Shown here: in pieces, positions 62,320-64,000 of the stretch
How the letters are laid out: the number at the start of each line of letters is the position of its first letter
How positions within the stretch are numbered: the stretch's first letter is position 1
Assembly (NCBI RefSeq): GCF_006345805.1
Contig: NC_043024.1
Location: forward strand, 14,508,001 to 14,572,000
From: Octopus sinensis
Taxonomy: Eukaryota
Reading direction: 5' to 3'
DNA length: 64,000 nt
Made by a program: the position numbers and the translations under genes
Notes under the pieces: model-generated
Database searches by the model: none
The model's input: only the letters and a program-made list of their open reading frames with translations
What the model was told of the DNA's origin: nothing

Positions 62320-63543
62320 CGGGAAGGTTTATGAAAATAAACAAAAGACGAAGGCAGGTGGAGTAGAAGCAAACAATGTATTAGTATGGCGCTCAGGAAT
62401 AGAAATAGAACAAGTTTTTACATTTTGAGCGTACGCTCTTCGACAGAAAGATACACAGAAAAAACAAGGAGAGAAAAAAATGCGTGTAGGAGCTAACGAT
62501 CTATCATGGCGTCCTGACCAAGTGGTTGAGCACTCCACAGACCCATGTACCCTTATATATATATATGTGGAGGCGCAATCGACCAGTGGTTAGGGCAGTG
62601 GACTTGTGGTCGTAGGATCGCGGTTTCAATTCCCAGACCGGGCATTGTGAGTGTTTATTAAGTGAAAACACCTAAAGCTGCACGAGGCTCTTTCTTCCTG
62701 TTTCTGTTGTACCTGTATTTCAAACGGCCAGCCTTGTCACACTCTGTGTCATGCTGAATCTCCCTGAGAAGTACGTTAAGAGTACACATGTCTGTGGAGT
62801 ACTTAGCCACTTGCACATTAATAAATGAGTTGCGACGTCACAGGTGCCAAGCTCTATCAGCCTATTCCTTTCCTTCGATAACACTGTTGCGTAGAGAGGG
62901 GAGGCTGGTATGCATGGGCGACTGCTGGTCTTCCATAAACAACCTTGCCCAGACTTATGCCTCAGAGGGTATCTTTCAAATATTCATGACCGAATGGGGT
63001 CACATATATATCATCAAAATAAGCAACAAGAATAACTTCAGTAATTTGGTATGATCGTTTCACACTACATCATTTTATTAAATGTTGTAAGTATTACAAC
63101 AGTTTTAAAATGCTGAGCACTCATCAACCATTAATGGAGGTTTTCCATTAATACATAATTTTCATATCAAGTGATAACATTATAGAGAAGGTAGATATAT
63201 AGACAAAGATGTGGATTTAAATTTTAAGAACAAGGTAACTGACTGAATAATATTCAGTTGCTATGAACTGCTAGAAGATTCTGAGAAGAATGGGCAATTG
63301 AAAGGAGACAAAAAAGATTTTCTATTTATAGAAATAGGGGTGAAATAGATGTCAAAGTTCCATATAAAAAAATTTAGGTACATGTCACATTATTTTAATC
63401 AAAGTTTTTCAAAGAATGCATCTGTACATAATTAGTTAGTGAAAATTTATGTAATTTATTAACTGTGTAAAATTGTATAATACAAATAAATTATTTCTCT
63501 TTTGCAGCTGCAAGCACAGGTACTCCAACAGTCTCTTCAGCAG
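297..63543 (+). CDS. Internal portion of a multi-exon mucin-like (Pro/Thr/Ser-rich) protein gene built from 41 intact symmetric phase-1 micro-exons (21 x 36 nt, 16 x 30 nt, 4 x 21 nt)
   Basis: Recurrent polypyrimidine-(C/T)AG acceptors and GT(GC) donors bound 21/30/36-nt segments. All end in G, are stop-free in phase 1 and translate to related PTS-rich peptides. No start or terminal exon was identified. Confidence 0.85.
407..731 (+). mobile_element. tRNA-derived SINE family B
   Basis: gaaggcgcatggcccagtggttagagc (A box) ... gctcgaatcccc (B box) ... cttgagcaagacacttt central domain. Confidence 0.8.
991..1470 (-). mobile_element. RTE-tail short retroposon (SINE or LINE 3' UTR fragment)
   Basis: catcatcatcgtttaatgtccgctttccatgctagc, same as the LINE tail at 33712. 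Confidence 0.75.
1600..1620 (+). CDS. Micro-exon 21 nt, GPAVTPS (GC donor)
   Basis: ttttcttgcag / CAG|gcaagt. Confidence 0.65.
2512..2606. repeat. (TATC)n microsatellite
   Basis: Direct inspection; shorter allelic forms in paralogous units (e.g. 23625-23693). Confidence 0.95.
3020..3040 (+). CDS. Micro-exon 21 nt, GPAVTPS
   Basis: ttttcttgcag / gtaagt. Confidence 0.8.
3847..3876 (+). CDS. Micro-exon 30 nt, [10 protein letters not shown]
   Basis: tttgatttcag / gtatgt. Confidence 0.8.
4870..4905 (+). CDS. Micro-exon 36 nt, [12 protein letters not shown]
   Basis: ttttttgcag / gtaagg. Confidence 0.8.
5888..5917 (+). CDS. Micro-exon 30 nt, [10 protein letters not shown]
   Basis: tttgattacag / gtatgt. 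Confidence 0.8.
6138..6158 (+). CDS. Micro-exon 21 nt, GPAVTPS
   Basis: ttttcttgcag / gtaagg. Confidence 0.8.
7189..7619 (-). mobile_element. Short non-autonomous Helitron-like element
   Basis: Minus strand A|TCtctatatataa...tgtctgtctgtg 5' end; cccaggcaacgccggg hairpin then CTAG|T. Confidence 0.7.
7930..8095 (-). mobile_element. Degenerate RTE LINE 3' fragment
   Basis: Minus-strand [31 protein letters not shown] resembles [32 protein letters not shown] of the 34-kb LINE. Confidence 0.45.
8713..8742 (+). CDS. Micro-exon 30 nt, [10 protein letters not shown]
   Basis: tttgatttcag / gtacgt. Confidence 0.8.
9185..9220 (+). CDS. Micro-exon 36 nt, [12 protein letters not shown]
   Basis: ttctgttgcag / gtaagt. 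Confidence 0.8.
10054..10083 (+). CDS. Micro-exon 30 nt, [10 protein letters not shown]
   Basis: tttgattacag / gtatgt. Confidence 0.8.
11404..11439 (+). CDS. Micro-exon 36 nt, [12 protein letters not shown]
   Basis: ttctgttgcag / gtaagt. Confidence 0.8.
12276..12305 (+). CDS. Micro-exon 30 nt, [10 protein letters not shown]
   Basis: tttgattacag / gtacgt. Confidence 0.8.
13635..13670 (+). CDS. Micro-exon 36 nt, [12 protein letters not shown]
   Basis: ttctgttgcag / gtaagt. Confidence 0.8.
14502..14531 (+). CDS. Micro-exon 30 nt, [10 protein letters not shown]
   Basis: tttgattacag / gtacgt. Confidence 0.8.
15346..15381 (+). CDS. Micro-exon 36 nt, [12 protein letters not shown]
   Basis: ttttcttgcag / gtaagt. 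Confidence 0.8.
15808..15843 (+). CDS. Micro-exon 36 nt, [12 protein letters not shown]
   Basis: ttttcttgtag / gtaagt. Confidence 0.8.
16385..16420 (+). CDS. Micro-exon 36 nt, [12 protein letters not shown]
   Basis: ttttgttgcag / gtaagt. Confidence 0.8.
17258..17287 (+). CDS. Micro-exon 30 nt, [10 protein letters not shown]
   Basis: tttgatttcag / gtacgt. Confidence 0.8.
18557..18592 (+). CDS. Micro-exon 36 nt, [12 protein letters not shown]
   Basis: ttttcttgcag / gtaagt. Confidence 0.8.
19018..19053 (+). CDS. Micro-exon 36 nt, [12 protein letters not shown]
   Basis: ttttcttgtag / gtaagt. Confidence 0.8.
19594..19629 (+). CDS. Micro-exon 36 nt, [12 protein letters not shown]
   Basis: ttttgttgcag / gtaagt. 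Confidence 0.8.
20463..20492 (+). CDS. Micro-exon 30 nt, [10 protein letters not shown]
   Basis: tttgatttcag / gtacgt. Confidence 0.8.
21667..21702 (+). CDS. Micro-exon 36 nt, [12 protein letters not shown]
   Basis: ttttcttgcag / gtcagt. Confidence 0.75.
22227..23347 (+). mobile_element. 5'-truncated copy of the 1.6-kb Helitron
   Basis: Homologous to 30420-31573; ends gtcataatgCTAG|T. Confidence 0.7.
23886..23921 (+). CDS. Micro-exon 36 nt, [12 protein letters not shown]
   Basis: ttttcttgcag / gtaagt. Confidence 0.8.
24526..24554 (+). pseudogene. Frameshifted copy of the 30-nt EVTGT exon (29 nt); pseudo-exon or consensus error
   Basis: aggtactggt instead of aggtaactggt; splice sites intact; flanks have other 1-nt deletions. 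Confidence 0.6.
24766..24788 (+). pseudogene. Frameshifted copy of the 21-nt GPAVTPS exon (23 nt); pseudo-exon or consensus error
   Basis: gttactctccatcag carries an extra TC; splice sites intact. Confidence 0.6.
25668..25697 (+). CDS. Micro-exon 30 nt, [10 protein letters not shown]
   Basis: tttgattacag / gtatgt; GGT>TGT gives Cys. Confidence 0.75.
25840..27347 (+). mobile_element. 5'-truncated copy of the 1.6-kb Helitron
   Basis: Homologous to 30030-31573; ends acgacgggtcataacgCTAG|T. Confidence 0.75.
27864..27899 (+). CDS. Micro-exon 36 nt, [12 protein letters not shown]
   Basis: ttttcttgcag / gtaagt. Confidence 0.8.
28498..28527 (+). CDS. Micro-exon 30 nt, [10 protein letters not shown]
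   Basis: tttgatttcag / gtatgt. Confidence 0.8.
28749..28769 (+). CDS. Micro-exon 21 nt, GPAVTPS (GC donor)
   Basis: ttttcttgcag / CAG|gcaagt. Confidence 0.65.
29648..29677 (+). CDS. Micro-exon 30 nt, [10 protein letters not shown]
   Basis: tttgattacag / gtatgt. Confidence 0.8.
29987..31573 (+). mobile_element. Non-autonomous Helitron-like element (1,587 bp), complete copy
   Basis: A|TC tatatata 5' end, tgtctgtctgtgtg subterminal microsatellite, GC-rich subterminal stem-like motif, CTAG|T 3' end. Confidence 0.75.
32114..32149 (+). CDS. Micro-exon 36 nt, [12 protein letters not shown]
   Basis: ttttcttgcag / gtaagt. Confidence 0.8.
32999..33028 (+). CDS. Micro-exon 30 nt, [10 protein letters not shown]
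   Basis: tttgatttcag / gtacgt. Confidence 0.8.
33568..33599 (+). pseudogene. Donor-less exon copy [10 protein letters not shown] followed directly by TAA (pseudo-exon or alternative terminal/poison exon)
   Basis: tttgattacag acceptor; homologous to exon 48382-48411 but lacks G|gtatgg; reads ...AAA ACT TAA. Confidence 0.6.
33712..35618 (-). mobile_element. 5'-truncated RTE-clade LINE, inactivated (RT C-terminal half, 3' UTR, (GAT)n tail)
   Basis: Minus-strand EKAFDRVPR...[26 protein letters not shown] (TGG>TAG stop), [17 protein letters not shown]; (cat)n at 33712-33735. Confidence 0.92.
35639..35770. repeat. 132-bp spacer-less palindrome (66-bp arms, one mismatch)
   Basis: Centre tttc|gaaa between 35704 and 35705; arms checked base by base. 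Confidence 0.95.
35919..36014. repeat. (TA)n microsatellite
   Basis: Direct inspection. Confidence 0.95.
36016..36400 (+). mobile_element. SINE family A, full length
   Basis: ggagtggctgtgtggtaag ... internal (TA)/(TG) tract ... aatgactgaaacaagtaaaagag. Confidence 0.85.
36693..37224 (+). mobile_element. Short non-autonomous Helitron-like element
   Basis: (TA)n-aaaactg start; ends cccgagcaacaccgggcgatactgCTAG|T; contains an internal duplicated segment. Confidence 0.65.
37436..37700 (+). mobile_element. 3' fragment of an RTE/BovB-like LINE ORF
   Basis: Translates [52 protein letters not shown], typical of the RTE ORF C-terminus. Confidence 0.75.
37966..38290 (+). mobile_element. SINE family B-related
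   Basis: tggcttagtggttaggg...gagttcgcttccc...ccttgagcaagacacttt. Confidence 0.75.
38297..38403. repeat. (TA)n microsatellite
   Basis: Direct inspection. Confidence 0.95.
39060..40570. repeat. Tandem repeat, about 372-bp unit x4 plus a partial copy
   Basis: ggctgatcgaattggccgccgattt starts at about 39060, 39431, 39804, 40175 and 40548. Confidence 0.95.
40673..41440. repeat. C-rich minisatellite, about 150-bp unit x5 with alternating variants
   Basis: ccaccattataggtgtctactctttgaacccccc recurs five times. Confidence 0.95.
41443..41685 (+). mobile_element. RTE-tail short retroposon
   Basis: taaaaagcacc...ggcgttaggaagggcatccagc...ttaaacgatgatgat. Confidence 0.8.
43213..43628 (-). mobile_element. 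SINE family A, full length
   Basis: Reverse-complement match to 36016-36400. Confidence 0.85.
43990..44740 (+). mobile_element. Degenerate mariner transposase remnant interrupted by a SINE
   Basis: After SINE removal, ATG at 44176 reads [31 protein letters not shown]...[10 protein letters not shown]...EPRCGRP (HTH); LHHDNAPTH near 44706. Confidence 0.75.
44202..44424 (-). mobile_element. tRNA-derived SINE (same family as the array-embedded SINE) with a 15-bp TSD
   Basis: GATTGAGCAAATATA at 44187-44201 and 44425-44439. Confidence 0.9.
44783..45175 (+). mobile_element. SINE family A, full length
   Basis: Match to 36016-36400. Confidence 0.85.
45223..45258 (+). CDS. Micro-exon 36 nt, [12 protein letters not shown]
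   Basis: tctcttttgtag / gtttgt; flanks homologous to those of exon 60344-60379. Confidence 0.7.
45740..45967 (+). mobile_element. SINE family A, 3' half
   Basis: gtcgcttgacaacc...aaacaagtaaaagag. Confidence 0.8.
46426..46455 (+). CDS. Micro-exon 30 nt, [10 protein letters not shown]
   Basis: tttttggttacag / gtatga; downstream intron homologous to EVTGT-type introns (tttaatatcaa-atatgaaat). Confidence 0.75.
46506..47071 (-). mobile_element. Internally deleted mariner (566 bp) with TIRs and TA target duplication
   Basis: Left TA|tcgggttgtctggaaagtttgtgccgattt, right aaatcggcatgaactttccggacaacccaa|TA; minus-strand [28 protein letters not shown] catalytic motif. Confidence 0.9.
47430..47606 (+). 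mobile_element. SINE fragment, same family
   Basis: gggcgaaatgcttagc...gggttcaaattccgccgag...aagtaccagttacgcactgg. Confidence 0.75.
47608..47800. mobile_element. Right-end fragment of the same Tc2/pogo-like MITE
   Basis: Homologous to 49890-50076, ends tactcgaggagttacgg|TA. Confidence 0.75.
48022..48324 (+). mobile_element. RTE-tail short retroposon
   Basis: Same 3' end with (GAT)n tail. Confidence 0.8.
48382..48411 (+). CDS. Micro-exon 30 nt, [10 protein letters not shown]
   Basis: ttctttgattgcag / gtatgg; same conserved downstream intron. Confidence 0.75.
48569..48797. mobile_element. piggyBac-like MITE, degenerate copy
   Basis: TTAA|cacttttgttatc ... ggtatcaaaaggt|TTAA; homologous to 48829-49049. 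Confidence 0.65.
48829..49049. mobile_element. piggyBac-like MITE (221 bp)
   Basis: TTAA|cccttttgttac ... gtaacgaaaggg|TTAA. Confidence 0.8.
49185..49552 (+). mobile_element. SINE family A, degenerate
   Basis: ggctgtgtggtaagaagcttgc...gagttcagtccc...gtggatttgg. Confidence 0.7.
49565..50076. mobile_element. Non-autonomous Tc1/mariner-superfamily element (Tc2/pogo-like MITE, 512 bp)
   Basis: TA|ccgtaaatcctcgagtata ... tatactcgaggatttacgg|TA terminal inverted repeats. Confidence 0.8.
50245..50558 (+). mobile_element. RTE-tail short retroposon
   Basis: Same 3' end with (GAT)n tail. Confidence 0.8.
50712..51071 (+). mobile_element. RTE-tail short retroposon
   Basis: Same 3' end with (GAT)n tail. 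Confidence 0.8.
51139..51168 (+). CDS. Micro-exon 30 nt, [10 protein letters not shown]
   Basis: gctcttttacag / gtatgt; paralogous to exon 53794-53823 including flanks. Confidence 0.7.
51376..51760 (-). mobile_element. SINE family B-related with a 13-bp TSD
   Basis: TATTACCATATCT at 51363-51375 and 51761-51773. Confidence 0.85.
52040..52455 (-). mobile_element. SINE family A, full length
   Basis: Reverse-complement match. Confidence 0.85.
52725..53142 (+). mobile_element. SINE family A, full length
   Basis: Match to 36016-36400. Confidence 0.85.
53794..53823 (+). CDS. Micro-exon 30 nt, [10 protein letters not shown]
   Basis: cactttttttacag / gtatat. Confidence 0.7.
54011..54596 (-). mobile_element. 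Short non-autonomous Helitron-like element
   Basis: Minus strand A|TCtatatatataaaactc 5' end; gagccgggcaatactgCTAG|T 3' end. Confidence 0.65.
54862..55728. repeat. Complex (TA)n/(TATG)n/(TG)n microsatellite, about 870 bp
   Basis: Direct inspection. Confidence 0.95.
55778..55990 (+). mobile_element. SINE family A, 5' half
   Basis: ggagtggctgtgtggtaag...aaagaaaccc. Confidence 0.8.
56400..56435 (+). CDS. Micro-exon 36 nt, [12 protein letters not shown]
   Basis: ttttcttgtag / gtaagt. Confidence 0.8.
56522..56722 (+). mobile_element. Nested SINE fragments (array-type SINE head fused to family A head)
   Basis: ggtggcgagcaggcagaaacgttag...gttcaaattctg then ggagtggctgtgtggtaag. Confidence 0.7.
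57292..57711 (-). mobile_element. Tandem/partially duplicated copy of the same SINE family
   Basis: Two successive ...aggatgaaaggcaaagtcgac...gaactcag blocks. Confidence 0.8.
58032..58067 (+). CDS. Micro-exon 36 nt, [12 protein letters not shown]
   Basis: ttttcttgcag / gtaagt. Confidence 0.8.
59328..59822 (+). mobile_element. SINE family B-related composite
   Basis: gtggaggcgcaatggaccagtggttaggg...ggtttcaattccc; duplicated at 62567. Confidence 0.75.
60344..60379 (+). CDS. Micro-exon 36 nt, [12 protein letters not shown]
   Basis: tctcttttgcag / gtttgt. Confidence 0.75.
60832..60983 (+). mobile_element. RTE-tail fragment truncated at the duplication junction
   Basis: gtgccggtggcacgtaaaaagcacc...acgctgccaga then joins tgtactacac. 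Confidence 0.75.
61271..61306 (+). CDS. Micro-exon 36 nt, [12 protein letters not shown]
   Basis: ttttcttgcag / gtaagt. Confidence 0.8.
62567..63001 (+). mobile_element. SINE family B-related composite (duplicate, with internal deletion)
   Basis: Copy of 59328-59822 lacking about 59 bp after gcacgaggctc. Confidence 0.75.
63508..63543 (+). CDS. Micro-exon 36 nt, [12 protein letters not shown]
   Basis: tctcttttgcag / gtttgt. Confidence 0.75.
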
Positions 63544-64000
63544 GTTTGTATATTTGATACTAAACCATATGTTTAGTCAATATAATGAAAGTACTTACTA
63601 GGTGTCTAAGTTTACCTTGTCTCTCACAGAATATAACTTATCAGTCTGGGATTAGTTTTAGTTAGGTTCATACAATCTAAAAGAAACAAAAATAAAATTC
63701 AAAAGTAACATTTGATCTTTACTTGTTCGTGTTGGCTGTAAATGTTCACCTCTTGTAGAACCAAGACTGAGGAAATTTTAGTTGGTGTTACTGAAAACTA
63801 TATTCTTCAAGACGACCAGATCCAAGAAACAACTGACACTACCTTAGTCTCGTTGGCTCTAGTAGAACATGTGACAAATGGCTGAACACTGAAATATCAC
63901 CAACTGAATTAAAGATTACTTATATAAATATGAAGAGTCAACTTAGAGCTGAACAGCAGGTCGGGATCTTAGATAATCTGAATTCAATATTCAATAGTGC

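Larger units (their letters stand above)
57741..64000 (+). repeat. Recent tandem duplication of about 3.2 kb, two exons per unit (second copy runs to the window edge)
   Basis: gatgtactacac...gggataacaccc at 57741 and 60981; exon offsets 3239 and 3164 bp. Confidence 0.95.

Noticed and set aside
297-63543. Assigning a named mucin gene symbol or exact species
   Set aside because: No terminal domains are in the window and no database search was possible; octopus/cephalopod origin is inferred from repeat families only

Overview
AT-rich, repeat-dense eukaryotic genomic DNA. The SINE/LINE repertoire and (TA)n/(CA)n content resemble an octopus/cephalopod genome; this rests on recall of the repeat families and was not verified by search. 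None of the supplied ORFs is a real host gene. The window is instead the interior of one large + strand gene whose coding sequence is split into 41 intact micro-exons of 21, 30 or 36 nt (1,320 nt, 440 codons, about 2% of 64 kb). All are symmetric phase-1 exons ending in G and encode a Pro/Thr/Ser-rich mucin-like repeat (e.g. [29 protein letters not shown]). In 1.5-33 kb the exons lie in nested, near-identical tandem exon+intron units (about 2.2, 3.2 and 4.0 kb) carrying a fixed SINE head and a 1.6-kb Helitron. In 33.5-57 kb the exons are older, diverged and separated by TE-filled introns: RTE LINEs, four SINE families, mariner, Tc2/pogo-like and piggyBac-like MITEs, Helitrons, minisatellites and a 132-bp perfect palindrome. 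A recent 3.2-kb two-exon duplication ends the window. The gene's start and end are outside the window or not recognised. Exon calls rest on splice signals, frame symmetry and repetition, not on transcript data. TE coordinates are approximate unless TSDs or TIRs are cited.
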